Origin: Geosiphon pyriformis uo1
Lineage: Eukaryota; Fungi; Glomeromycota
NCBI GenBank assembly: GCA_016748015.1
Contig: JAAOMT010000112.1
Span: 1-64,000 of the forward strand
Length of the DNA stretch: 64,000 nt
Direction: 5' to 3'
Position 1 is the stretch's first letter, and every line of letters starts with the position of its first letter. Of the stretch, positions 36,480 to 49,753 are shown piece after piece. The translations under genes were made by a program, and so were the position numbers. Below the pieces are notes generated by a model. It worked only from the letters and a program-made list of their open reading frames with translations, did no database searches and was not told where the DNA came from.

Positions 36480-38283
36480 ATCAACAGTCAGCTCTAATGT
36501 GACCTTGTTTACTACAGTTGTGGCAAACATGCATTTTTGGCTGCCATGGCTAATTGGATAACAATGATGACAATGATGTTGATGGACATGGCTGATTTTG
36601 GAAACAATTTGTGTTTTCTGAATTATTGCATTGTTGTGGTGGTTGATAGATTGCACAATTGTTAGCTAAGTATCCCTCTAGTTTCTAATTGATTGTATTA
36701 CTGAATTGTTTTAGTTTGAAATCCAAGTCAGATGATTCGTTCATCACTAAATTTACAGCTTGGGCATGTTGGCTTTTAGCTCAGCTGCTTCAAAATCTCT
36801 GGCATGGGTAACTGCAGTGGGAAGGTCAACTAGATGCATTGGGTGTACTCGTTGGAGGATGCTGCTGCATAGCCCTCTGATGAACTGGTTCAAGATCTGT
36901 GGTGCCATAAAATAATTAGCTTGGATTGCCTAAATTTGGTGCAGATTTCTATGGAAGTGTCTCAAGTAAGTGGTAACTGCTTCTGTGTTCCCTTGTTTGA
37001 TAGTAGTGAAGGTATTAGTCAAGCAATTGATACTGTTATTATTACTAAAATATCTCACAAACTCTGTCTTAAAATCATTGAAGATTTGGGGTTTGGTGAC
37101 TAGACTCTGATACCATGAGTTGGCAGTATCCTTGAGAAAGTATGGAATGGCTTGCATTGTCCTGGCATTATTCTATCTATTGGCTGCAATGGCTTTTTCG
37201 ATGTTGTTAAGCCAGACTTGGGTGTTGTCTTCTTCATTGGTAAAATTGTCGATTTTGGCAATTGGAGTGTAGGCCATTGGATCTAAATTTAGTTGCTGTT
37301 GTTGGATGGGTGGCTGAAGTGGTTGTTGTGGCTGGTGAATCAGCTGCTGGGGTGGTTGTAAATTTTGCTAATTTGGCAGCTGAATTGGTTAGAGCAGTTG
37401 TTATAGTGACAGTTCAATGAGTTCAATTGGTGGGTGATTGATGACGATATTCAGAGATAAGTTTAGATTAATTACTCCGGGATTTTTATTGTCTTGATTT
37501 AGTGGTGTTCTAATATTCGGAGTTTTGATTTCAGAGTTTTCTTGATTTGGATTTCTCGGAGTTTGATCATTCAGAGTTTTGAATTCTGGGTTTTTAGGAA
37601 TCAGGTTTTCCTCTTTTTCTTGTTCTTCTTCTTTAGACAATTCCCACAGAGTAGCAGTGCTGAAATCTGGTGGCAATGGTGGTGATCAAAGTCCTGATGG
37701 TGTTGGCAATCACGAGTTAAATCCTTCAAAATATGCGCCATATGGTCCTAATAACTCTGCTTTCCTTTGTTTACTTTGGAATAAGAATCATCCAAATGCT
37801 GATGTCGTGTTTGATGTGGCTGCGCCAGTAGATGTAATATTAATGGTGCTTTCGGGTATATAGTGGTATAATGGATTAGTTGGGGACTCAATTCTTGTTT
37901 TCTTTCAAGTAGGTGGTTGTATTTTTTTGGGTGTTACTGCTGATGTTTGCAGTTTTTCTTTGCCTTTGCTTGCGTAAGTAATGGGGTATCTTTGCTGTGT
38001 GTGATGTTCAATTTCTTTGTTGATTTCTATGATGATGGAGGCGAAATTGTGATTTGTTGGCAGGTTGGTATTTTAAATTAATTCACTGTAAAAGGCTTCT
38101 CTTGCTGATTCAATATTTACTGGTGTTCTTAACAGATGGGCAATTCTTTCATTGATGTAGAAATTAAAAGCTGATTCTGCTGATATGTGGTTGTGATTTA
38201 ATCCCAAATATTAACAGTAGTGTTGAAATAAGGATTTCATGAATCCTAGATGGTTTGCTCCTATGTTTTCTGATTCTGCCACT
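36480..38283 (-). pseudogene. Gag (N-terminal extension, capsid-like domain, CCHC knuckle)
   Basis: PIAKIDNFT..QVWLNN, AIPYFLKDTANSWY, IKQGNTEAVTTY; CHNCSKQGHIRADC at ~36484-36525. Confidence 0.85.
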
Positions 38284-38324
38284 TTTAGATTTGTGTTGGT
38301 GCTGGTTCTCTGTAAGATTATACC

Positions 38325-38341
38325 TCACAGAAAGCACCAAA
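38325..38341 (-). other. Primer binding site
   Basis: TTTGGTGCTTTCTGTGAGG directly after the 5' LTR (TTTGGTGCTCCCT in the second copy); complementary to a tRNA ending ...GAGCACCA; isoacceptor not determined. Confidence 0.75.
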
Positions 38342-39181
38342 TGTTACAGGTGACTAGTCTGGTGTTGGATTAAATAACAAACCCATAACTTAGTGCTCAA
38401 ATCTAGTTGCAGTTAATAGTGATCTGAAGGTTTGTGTCTGAAAAATTTGTATCCAAAGGGTTTGGTTAAGTTCTTTGTATAATGAACAAAGATTCAATGG
38501 TAATAGTTTTATCCATAACTTCCCAAAACCACAGTTTTGTCAATTTCTTTCTCAGCTTGATAGCTGGTATTCCTCCTGGTAAGCTATCCTCAATCAAGTG
38601 TTTTACTCTTATTTCTGGGTCTTTTACCAATCATGTTTATCTTAATGTCAGTATCCCATGTGTTAATTCTCAATAGAGTTAGTAAACAACAATAAAATCA
38701 AAGCAAGAAATAAAAAAAAAATAAAAAATAAAGAAAGAAAAGAAATAAGCCAAGGTGATTTGCAAGTTAGTATTCTGTCAATAGCCATGATTAAAAGCTA
38801 TTATTCTAGTATGGTTAAGTATCGATTACTATCAACATGAAGTGTTGATAGTGGCAGCAGGTTTGAAATAACAAACAGTTATTTATTTGTGGTTTGGAAA
38901 GTTGTCCAGATGAAATCTAAACTGAGAGGTCTGTTTTTTTAGCTTCTAATCCTACTGCTATATATATATAATTGAAATTCCTTAATTTCTCAATTCTTCA
39001 CAACAGGAATCCTAGAATTCTTGGAATCCTGCAATTTCTTTGAGAGGAATCCTGCAATTCTGGAATCCTGCAATTCTTTATAAGAATCCTGTAATTCCTG
39101 GAATTCCACATTTTACTATGTCTACTTCTGATTGGTTAATAACTATGCTAATATATATTCCCTATATTTCTATAAGTAACA
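38342..39181 (-). repeat. 5' LTR
   Basis: TGTTAC...GTAACA; TATA run ~38959-38970; GGAATCC/GGAATTCC tandem block ~39005-39107. Confidence 0.9.
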
Positions 39182-40004
39182 ACAACCAGTTAATTTCTTG
39201 AGATCAGTGTTTACCAAAATATTTGCCACTCTTGCTTTTTTTGTAGCCTGTGCCAAACTAAATTCAGAAGTAAAGGAAGCATAAATGATTCCTGAGAATT
39301 TTAAGGGGGTAGAGGCCTCGCCAAAACCATTAACTTTTGAAAACAATCTTCTAATGACCATCAGCTTCTCTTGAGAAGATTTTCCAACCACTTTATTCAA
39401 GCTGATATCTAAAGTGAAAGATTTCCTAACAGAAATAGTAACCAAATTCTTCAAGGGAGAGGGAAGTTCTAAGATAACATTCAAGAGAATATTATCATTA
39501 TCATCACTATGACTTAAGAAATCTATTCTCCCCAATGGCTTGCCCAAAACTTTTTTAGTTTTAACATCTGGCCTTTTAGGCATCTGATCATAATCTTCAT
39601 TAACAATAGCCTCACTCTTACCATAGTCAAAGCTAGTTTTCTCTACTAGACATTTTTCCTCCATATCAATACTTTCAGACTTGGTGGTGTCATCAGTCTT
39701 AGAACCCCATAAACAATCACTTGGCACCTTAGTTAGAACTCCCTTTTTACCAACACCCTCTTCCAAAGCAACACTTTTTTTCTTTTTCCTTGACAAAACA
39801 AGCCTGAAACCTCTACCTAAACCAGAATCTTTAGCAATCTTTTTCATGATGGTAATACTAGGGCCAACAGTGGCCTTAAAATCAAAAAACGGTTTGGTTT
39901 TATCGTACTGAATGTTGAAAAAAACTTTTTTCAAAAAAACTTTTGACTTTTTTTGGGAATTTTGGAATGAACGAGAGAAAAAAGTTTTTTTAAAATTAAT
40001 AATT

Positions 40005-40550
40005 ATAATAATCAGATTATATAATATCTTAAATTATATAATATTTAAAATATTTAATAATTTAACAAAATATTCAATAATTTATAAAAATAACTTATAG
40101 TTTGCCAAAATATATTTTTAATTTGTTAAAATATTACCAAAAAAATGTTAAATTATAAAATAGTATTATAACAGATTATATAAAAAAAAGCTTCTTTTTT
40201 AAAAAAAAAAATTATTTTGAATTAATAGTCTTAATTTAAAATTATTTTTTTAATAAACATTTAATTATTATAAATAAATTTAATAAAATCTACTTTAATA
40301 ACCAAATTTTTTTCTATTTATTATTGTTTAAAATTTCTAATTATAATTAATTTTATTAATTATATAATTTTTATTTTTTTTAATTTTAAAAAAAAAAATT
40401 TTATATTATTAAATAATCTATAATTAAAACTTTCTATAAAAAAATTAACTTTAACAGTAAAATAACTACATATTATTAAGAAGCTTATATAAAAATTTTT
40501 TTGTAAAAGAATTAACTTTTATCACAAAATAACTATATAAATAATTAATA
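40005..40550 (+). mobile_element. Highly decayed relic of the 20617-21590 LTR family
   Basis: TAGTATTATAACAGATTATATAAAAAAAAGCTTCTTTT and the twin AATTAACTTT...AAATAACTA motifs align to 20972-21010 and 21317-21420 after G>A/C>T changes. Confidence 0.6.
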
Positions 40551-41269
40551 TTGTTACAAATATATTTGATAAGATATAATTATAATAATTAACATTTATG
40601 ATTTAATATTAAAAGCAGAATAATTTTTAGATAAATTGGTTTTGTTAATAAAATAGATTATTAGTTTCTAAAAAATTTTTTGTTTAATGTTTTTTTTGTT
40701 AAATTTTTTTGCTATAAGACACACAAATATTGTTTTATTAATTGTGCTTATTATAGTTGTTTTTTTTTAAGTTAGTTAAACACAGTTATTAAGATTTAAT
40801 ATTTTTTTGTCTTTTTAATAAGCTAACAAAATAAAGTTATATCCAAATTTAAAAAAAGCTTCTTTCTTTTACCAAGTTATTATAAAATCTAATATTAAGA
40901 CAGTCGATTTTTAATGTTGTTATTTTACAAGAAAAAAAAATTAATCTTTTATTAATTATCATAATTAAGAATAATTGGTCTAAGTTATTAAAATTTTGAA
41001 AACATTTATGCTAATTACATTTGGCTTAAAATAAAGATAAATAAAACCAATTAATTAGATTTTAATAATTAAAGTATTAAAATCATAGATTTGTAGATTA
41101 AACAATAATATTTTATTTGGTAAATTTGAAATATTAAAGATAAAAAAAAAATTTTAAGACTAAAATAAGATAAGAATATTAATTTTATTTTTATATAATT
41201 TGTTTTTTTTATTTGTTAAAACTATTTATTTTTATACATATTTTTTAGTTCTATAAAATTGTTTTTAAT

Positions 41270-41460
41270 TGCTTGTTATTATTAATTATTACTTACTGTT
41301 TTAGCTATTGCTTTATTTTTTTTATTATAACTAATTATTTTATATTATTCTGTTTTATTTTGTATTATTGTGTATTATTTTATACTCTTTTATATTATTT
41401 TATGTTATTGTATATTATTTTGTATTATTTTATATTATTTCACATTTTTATGTAATTATT
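41270..41460. repeat. Low-complexity (TATTATTTT[A/G])n tract
   Basis: Repeating tgtattattt/tatattattt units. Confidence 0.6.
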
Positions 41461-41509
41461 ACGTTTTTTAACAGTTTTAAATCGGTTTTTCTATTTGAAT
41501 AATACCAGT

Positions 41510-41765
41510 TAACTCAATTATTGTAAATATTGTCAAAGAATTTAAAAAATTTATTATATATTTTGATTTTTTTTAAGCTATTTTTCAAATGCTTTCAACT
41601 TACAAAATTATATGTTTTGCACATATTTTATAAAACCAACCAAAATTTGCAATTTTTTTTAAAGTATTCTCTATTACTAATTTAATTATAAATATAAAAG
41701 ATTGTGTCATCATATTTTTTAATACTAAAAAATTATTATTATAAAGAACATTAAATTTACTGCTA
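41510..41765 (-). pseudogene. Decayed LINE RT fragment
   Basis: SKFNVLYNNNFLVLKNMMTQSFIFIIKLVIENTL matches SKFDVLQGDNFLVLKGMSTQFPVFAVGLVIEDA. Confidence 0.65.
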
Positions 41766-42638
41766 TTATTCATAAAAAAGAAACATAAGAAATAATAGTA
41801 GCATAAAATAGCTAATAACAAAATAGAAAATTATTAGAATATATAATACCAAAAATTTTAAAAATACCAATAAAGATTTTAAACATTTCAAAAATTTCAA
41901 AAATTGCAAGAAAACCAATAAAAATATCAAGAATTCTAATAATAACTTAAAATAATTGTAAAAATTTAAGAATTTTATATTACAAAAATTTATGTATATA
42001 TAACAGAAATAATAAAAATCAAAAAAACATTAGTTTATTAATTAATTATTAAAAATAAAACAACAGACAAGTTCACTTTAAAATCAGTCTAATTATTTTT
42101 ATTTTATTAACAACTATAAATTAAATAAACTATTTAATAAAAATCTTTATTTTATTTATTTATTAATAAATTTAAGAATATTATATTGAAATTTAATATT
42201 TAAAAATTAGTGTAATATTTTTGTTTAATTACTTTAATCTAACAGTAAATTTGATTAAATTAAGTAAAATATTAAGTAATAATTTTATTTGTATTTTGTT
42301 TAATATTATTAAAATTTATTTTAAAGCTGTATTATAATATTTAGATTACTAAAATATTTTAATAACATATTTTTAAATTGGACAAAACTTATAAATTTTG
42401 TATTTAAATTTTAATATTATAAATTAAAAGTGCTTTTTAAAAAAAATTAAAATTAAAATTACTTTTTTTTTATTTTAATTATTTATTTGAATAGATTTTA
42501 TTTATTTTTTTATTAACACATTTAATAAGTGTAGCTCAATTGCTATCTAGTACATAGAACCAAACTAAGAGGCTCAAACTAAACATGACTCATGCACTTT
42601 TTACATGTGGCTAGCTACTCAGGCCAGACAAGACAACA

Positions 42639-45600
42639 CTACACATCTATAATTACCCGCACACTGCCACCCAGACTGAAAAAGAAACAATAAGGCTTCC
42701 GACGACCAAAGCTAACAGCAAAAGAATTGGCCACACCAAGCAATCTCACAACACCATCAGACAAAACCGAAGACACACCACAAGGGAGCCCAGAAACAAC
42801 ACCAATGTCACAGACCAGACCAGCCTTTTCCATCACCACCCAGTGACTGGCCCTAACTAACCATACTTTAGCATGATGCAACCCAACAACAAACCTGACA
42901 AAATTAACAATCTGAGCAGCGGCCATCTTTCTATCTTTAAAAACACCACAAGCCTCCTTATACCACTCCTCCAGCACAAACCCTTTGCACACCAAAGTGT
43001 ACAGCCCAACATCAATAGAACATTGAGACAAAACTCACAACACAGCAGAAGCAAAGGAACCACCAGCCAAAGCTGACCAATGGGCAGAAGCCTCCACCAA
43101 AATCTCACCACGGACATCAGACTCATGAACACAAGTAAAAGCGTGGTCAGAGAACTCCACCTTACCGCAAAACAAACACAATACACTAGGGTAGCACTTA
43201 TCATACAACTTTTTTCTTACCGCCACCGGCAACCTTCTGTGTACAGCCTTCATAACATAAGTGCAAAGCAATGAGGATGCACGGCTAGTAAACCCAGCAA
43301 GCATATGAGAATCAGGATGCCACACCTCTGCCGTGACAACCCAGTTTATGCAACCAATCATTGCATCCGGAACCACATCACAACCAGGCCCAGCTTCCCA
43401 ACGAGCACAACAAATTGATCGAAAAATATTTCTGACAAAATGATGGGCATTACCAGAAACAGCAACACCCTCAGCAACCAAACAATGTTCACGCACATTG
43501 GCACAAAGGGAAAAGGGAAACCCAGAGGCAGCCCCAGCAGCCAAGTCAGCTTTTACATTACCAGGAATCCCAGAGTGTTCTTTCACCTTAACCCAACTCA
43601 CGCTAAGATCCTTATTCCTAACCAAATTGAAAATATGACACCTTTCCAGCCAGCATTGATTACGGAAATCAGGGGCAACCAAGGACATCTCAGAAACACA
43701 TGCGTCAATGGCAGCCTGGCTGTCAAGACGTAGCACCACAGTACTAAAAGAAAGAACACACTCCAAAGCCAAAGTAACAGCCTATAATTCAGCCATAGTA
43801 GATGACAAAAGGCCACGAACAGCGACACTAATGCTTTTATCCAAGACCGGAAAGTATGCAACAGCACCACAGACAACCTCAACAGAGCCTACATTCCTCA
43901 AAGACCCATCCGTAAAAACCTCAAAAAAGCCTGACCAAACATCATACATCACATCTTTTACTGCAGAAAATTCCTCAGACCCCAAAATGTCCAAACCAAG
44001 CTTTTCTGCAGAGCCAATAGAACCAGAAAATGAGTAACCCTGACCTCTCAAAAACTCAGAAGAAACCATAAACCAGTGAGGCACAGGGCCATGCAGATCC
44101 AACTTTTTCCAATGACAAAAAGTTTTCCAATTCAACAAAATGCCCTTCTTATCAAAAAGCCGATCACCAAAAGTGACACCAAAACATTTAAGAGATTTGA
44201 CTGAATCAAAATACAGAGACTTTCCAAGAACAGAGAACAATGGAAACCGACCAGGACTACAAAATGCAGTGGGGAGGTTGTTCACCAAAGCAAGCTCATT
44301 GTCTAGAAAGATCTTCACCATCCCAGCCAAAAAATTGTTTACTGGACTAACATGCAACCTGACCGGAAACTGCAAAGGATCCAAAGGAGCCCAATCAAGA
44401 ACCTGAAGGTTCAAAAACCTATGTCTAAACAAATGCCCAAGAATACCATAGGCATTAGAGAACGCCATTAAAGCAGCAACCTTCCCTTCTGACTGCACCT
44501 GCTCAAAAGGTTTTAGGCCATACAATGAGGGATGATGCAAAGCAGCATCTGGAAAATCATGGGGAAAACAAGCCTTGGACCTAAGACCCTTTTTAACCAA
44601 GACATCCCACTTGCAACAAACATTAGATGAGACAAAACTGAACTGAATATAATAGGCAACAATAGGCTGCAAAACAGCCAACACCAGATAGGAGAACTGT
44701 TTGTCTGTAATAGCCTTCCTAAGCACAACATTAACGAAGAAACGTACATCTGCATGAGCCTTGGTGACACTCGGCTTGGAGAGCCCTTCAGTTGACAGAA
44801 AAATACCCAGATACTGATGTGCTTCCCCTTTCTTGGCAATAGAAATTGGCTGACCACAAATGTCTAGTGAAGCAACTTTAACACCCTAATTGATGGGAAT
44901 AGCTACCGTCTTCTCACTATTAATAGAAATATCATTGATCACAAAAAATTCACTGGCAATGTTCAGAGCATATTGAGTAGAAGCTTAACAATTTTCAACC
45001 CAGATTGTATCATCAACAAATGCACCAGCTGAAAAATATGATGTCAAACTGCCACCGCTCTCAATTCTGCCAGATTTTGAAACAAACTTAGTATCAATCC
45101 GGTACCCACACAATTGTTCGTGCCTCTTAACCTCACACAAAAGCGAATCGTAAAAAATTCTCCAAAAAAGTGGCGAAAAGACCTCACCCTGATTCAGCCC
45201 ATCATGTACCTTATAACCACCAGACAAACCAAAGTCAGTCATTACCCTATTAACTCTATCCTCATAAATACCACCAAAAAACCTTATGAACCTCTTACAC
45301 ATCTTGACACGCCGCAAACTAGCTCTTAAATGGTGCCACCCAACTGAATCATAAGCTTTCTGCATATCTTGCAAGACCAACCATAACTCCCTATCCTTCT
45401 TAATGGCATCCTCAATCACCAATCCAACAGCAAACACTGGAAATTGGGTAGACATACCCTTCAGCACCAAAAAGTTGTCACCCTGAAGAACATCAAACTT
45501 GCTACAAGCCATTAAAATACGATCAGACAGAATCTTAGAAAGAATCTTTCTGGCTGTCTCAATCAAAGCAATGGGCCGAGTGTTTATAAGAACTCCATCC

Positions 45601-47801
45601 CAGTCATAAGGCTTAGGAATTATTGACACCCAAGCCCTCTTCCACAAAACAGACACCACACCAACAGACAAACATTTATTAAACAGCGCCAACAGGCACC
45701 CCAAAACCATCTCACTACCATGTTTCCACAACTCATTAGGAACACCAGACAAACCAGCAGCCTTGCCATCAGAAAGACCACCAACAACGGAGAGTAATTC
45801 GCCCATACTGATTGCACTCATAACACCCGAAAAAGCATCATCCCGAACATGGTCCAAAGGCATGTACTGACAAGTCCAAAGACCAGGAAGCACTGACTGC
45901 ACGGAGCGTTTCCTCATTCACCCCTTCATTATTCTATCCACACTGGACTTCACCTCTTCAGACAACAAAACCAGATCATCGTCAACTATCAAGTGATCCA
46001 ACACGATCTTACAAAAAGGCTTTTCCAACACACTCCTGATCATATTACCCTTATCTGAACAGAAATTATCCATGCACTTCTCAATCACCTTCCTAACTGA
46101 AGCTTCCTCAGCCAACCTTGATTCAAACATTTTTGATCTCCTGTAATCTCTGCGAACCAATGACAAATGTCTAACAACAACATCAGATTTAACACCCGAG
46201 CCCACCAAGTCCTTGAAAACACGAGCCTTCGCGTCATCCAGAGTCAACCATTTACTCACAAGATGATCAGCACCCAGCAAGTCACCAGAGCAAAATTTTT
46301 TGACAATCTTGGCCACCAACAANNNNNNNNNNNNNNNNNNNNACTGACGAGCCCAAAGACCAGGAAGCACTAACTGCACGGAGCGTTTCCTCGTCCACCC
46401 CTCCATTATTCTATCCACACTGGACTTCACCTCTTCAGACAACAAAACCAGATCATCGTCAACTATCAAGTGATCCAACACGATCTTACAAAAAGGCTTT
46501 TCCAACACACTCCTGATCATATTACCCTTATCTGAACAGAAATTATCCATGCACTTCTCAATCACCTTCCTAACTGAAGCTTCCTCAGCCAACCTTGATT
46601 CAAACATTTTTGATCTCCTGTAATCTCTGCGAACCAATGACAAATGTCTAACAACAACATCAGATTTAACACCCGAGCCCACCAAGTCCTTGAAAACACG
46701 AGCCTTCGCGTCATCCAGAGTCAACCATTTACTCACAAGATGATCAGCACCCAGCAAGTCACCAGAGCAAAATTTTTTGACAATCTTGGCCACCAACAAT
46801 TCCAGACCAAAAAACCTAGAAGAATGTTTGTTTCTCGAACACTCGAATTCACTAAACCAATGCCTTGAAAATGTCATATCAGCAGAATCCACCACAGTCC
46901 CCACCAAAACTGCTCACATTGCATCCACATTACCACATATTTCGGCACCAGAGAACACCTCACCCAAAGACAAAAGTTTAGCTGATGAGAAATCCTTAAA
47001 CTTAGCTCATCCAACACAGTCAGCATTCTTGATTTTGAACTTCCAATGATCTTTATTCGCCTGCTTGCGCAAACTATTCAATTGTACATCTAGAAGCCCA
47101 CCCAAACTGACTGAAACCACAACTGCCTTGTGATTGGTGTCAAAGAAATCCGAAACAGAGACAACTTGATAATCAGCAACAGCAGAAGACAAATTACCAC
47201 CAACAAAAATGTAATCAATCATTTTCCCAACCCCTCTCGAATTGCTCCATGTATAAAAATTAGCCAAATGATGACCAACAAATGAATTGACCAAACCCAA
47301 ACTCAAACAAAACTTGAAACTAGCACTTCTACCAGATCCATTCTCATTAAAGTCTCCACCCAAGATAACAAAATTGCTGGAGTTGACTGCCTTTGCAATG
47401 AGAGAGTTAACTTCAGAAGCCTGACCAAATCTAGCCCCAGAGGAGGCACCAGCATACAACCCCAAAACAGTAACCGAGAGCTTGCCCTTAAACAGGAGCC
47501 GAACAGAGACAACCTGACCAGGAATTTTTTCCACCTTAGATACATGACGGGCCAAAGAAACGTTCATAATAATTGCAACCCCAGCACCCATAAAACCTTT
47601 ATCCAAGCCAGAAGAAAATATTCGCACTCCATCAAATTTGTCCTTTATCTATGGTCCAGAAGAGGACCTCAACTTAGTCTCAGTGATGAAAAAAACCATA
47701 TTCCCCAAGTTCACATGCCAACAAATAACATCTGCTTGCTTTGCAGAAACATTGATACCCCGAACATTGCACGTAGCAAATTTCCAAACCAAACTACTCA
47801 T
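42639..47801 (-). pseudogene. LINE ORF2 of copy D (APE-RT-RNase H-Cys/His finger)
   Basis: TCNVRG, ILGGDFNE, IDYIFV, GLNQGEVFSP, AFVDDTIW, VFTDGS..AEL..DSQ..VKVKEHSGIPGN.KAD, CLFCGKVEFSDHAFTC. Confidence 0.9.
45866..46799. repeat. ~457-bp duplication (offset 477) flanking the N-gap 46323-46342
   Basis: 45866-46322 repeats at 46343-46799; differences seen only in the first ~65 bp. Confidence 0.9.
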
Positions 47802-49753
47802 TAAGATGGAGGAAAAGCCAATGAACCTGATCCAGAACACAGATGATTCAATCTATCTAAAACTGAGCAAACTGAAGCCTCAAGAGCCACCATATTCGAC
47901 TCCAAACTGCCAATCTTGGCAGTCAAAACCCTAGAACTGCTCGGACTGAAATCAACAATCAACTCACCAACATTGGGAGGAAAAGAGACAGACGATAACA
48001 ATATACTATCTAAAGCCAAACCTGAGTCCATATCTGAAACAATGGCAGTTGGAGACACCAAAGGAAGAGCTGAGAAAGAGGGTGCCAATGACACCAAGTC
48101 GACGAAACTTAATTTCTTTAAAATGAGTAACACTTGGTCCAAGAGAATTTCCATGGAGCATTCCAGCACAGCTAGACAACCACCTAGATCAGCAGCACCA
48201 GATGAGGAGGAATCCATTAAAAAAGCCTTCGAACCAGATATTGAACCAACACCAGAAGCACTTGAAGAGACAACACGAGAGGGAGAGCTGCCTGCCACTT
48301 GGGCCCATGTCTTTCCACCAAAAAAAACTGGGCGGACAATTGGTGCCTGTTTCTTCCTATAAATATTGGCCAGCCGTACCCTATCCTGAGAAGTCGCTGC
48401 ATGTTTCCCATGACCTCCAGACCCCCTATTCACAGAGCAATCAACAGCAGTATGACCAAACAGTTTGCAATGAGCACAACTGGCCAAAGAAAGACCAGCC
48501 CAACGCAAGCCCACACTTTTGAAAACTGGAACCGAACCAATAGCAGCCAACTTGGATGCCTCACTTTCAAAACAAACCACAGCACACTGATTATGAACAT
48601 ATGAAGTTGGATTATGGCCTATAAAACAAGTTTTCCCACCATAAGCCTTCGACAAATCATGAGTGGTCGTGCCAACTGGAAGAGTGTAAAGCAATGCCCG
48701 ATGCTGATCCCTAGATACTCACGTTTGTTTATCAACACATGCTTTTGCCACACGAACAGAATCTTTCCCCATGAGCACAGACCATCTAGCCACGACCAAA
48801 TCAGCTATCTCAGATAATTCATATTCCACTAGGGCCTTTTGCCAAAAACCAATAAGCTGCACTTTAATTGAAATAATCTTGCCAAACTTGAAAAACACTG
48901 CCTCAATCACCAATTTGGGAAGATCTACTGGGATTTCCTTGGCGATCACTTCCTGATCTGAACAGCTGTTTACTTTTCTTAGATTATCATTTATTAAAAA
49001 TTTTTTACTGATTACTATTTCCCTTGCCTTAATCAAACTTTTTTCAGATGTAAATGATGACCTTATTATTCCAGGAAATTTTGAGGAAGTCAAAGCCCCC
49101 CCAAAACCATCAACTTGATAAAAAATCTTTTTCACACAAATCAACTTATCACTAATAGTTTTCCCAGGAACAGCAGAAAGTTCAATATCCAATGCAAAAG
49201 ATTTCACCAAAATAAAATTCCGAATCTCTCGATCATGTTATGCGACTGGCAGCAACTGATTGGATCCATTGAACATGTGAGAAGGGAGCTCCAAAACATC
49301 ACCAGTACCACCCACATCAACGAAAGAAGGCTGCTTAGGCAGGTGATCAAATACGTACGTTCTCGTTCTCAAACTCTTTGGCGTAGCATTATCCATTAGT
49401 TCGTCATCCCCAGAAGCATCGGAATTGACGTAGCTCATTTCTTCCACAATCGTGTTTTTCATGTTCTTAACGTCAGAAGTCCCGCCAATACTTGATTCCT
49501 CGCTATCCATTTCGCTACCCCAAGATTTCTTCCGGTCATCAACGCCACCATGTAGCATGTCCACAGGCAGAGAGCCAGCTGACAAATTCACAACAACACC
49601 AGAATCATCAGGTTTCTTCACTTTCTTGTAAGACGGACCACAAGCGTAAACACTCTCAATGCGCGTCTTTTTTTTAGTGCCAGAATGGGTCCCCACACTA
49701 GCCAAACCAGATGCTGACCCACCAGCAGAAGAGCCTACTGGATCTATTGTCAC
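47801..49753 (-). pseudogene. LINE ORF1 of copy D
   Basis: ORFs 49238-49753, 48719-49210 and 47801-48694; CAHCKLFGHTAVDC knuckle. Confidence 0.88.

Larger units (their letters stand above)
28980..39181 (-). mobile_element. Full-length Ty3/Gypsy LTR retrotransposon (~10.2 kb) with dUTPase and extra 3' ORF
   Basis: Paired LTRs, PBS, PPT; domain order gag-CCHC-PR-(Cys-rich)-dUTPase-RT-RH-IN(GPF/Y); 4-bp TSD ATGA/ACAA from ancestral ACGA. Confidence 0.95.
23030..39985 (-). mobile_element. LINE copy C, full length (23030-28979 plus 39182-39985), split by the Gypsy insertion
   Basis: PolyT 23030-23040, 3' UTR, ORF2 27852 to 23163 with APE/RT/RNase H motifs; ORF1 continues across the insertion (DLKKLTG|SDWTVV); 5' motif ACTTTTTTCTCTCG at ~39972-39985. 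Confidence 0.9.

Noticed and set aside
41273-41455. Hydrophobic 60-aa membrane-protein-like ORF
   Set aside because: Translation of a TATTATTTT simple repeat
45866-46799. Tandem domain duplication inside LINE ORF2 (329-aa ORF with repeated halves)
   Set aside because: The duplicate flanks a fixed 20-N gap and is near-identical, typical of unmerged overlapping contig ends or collapsed paralogues
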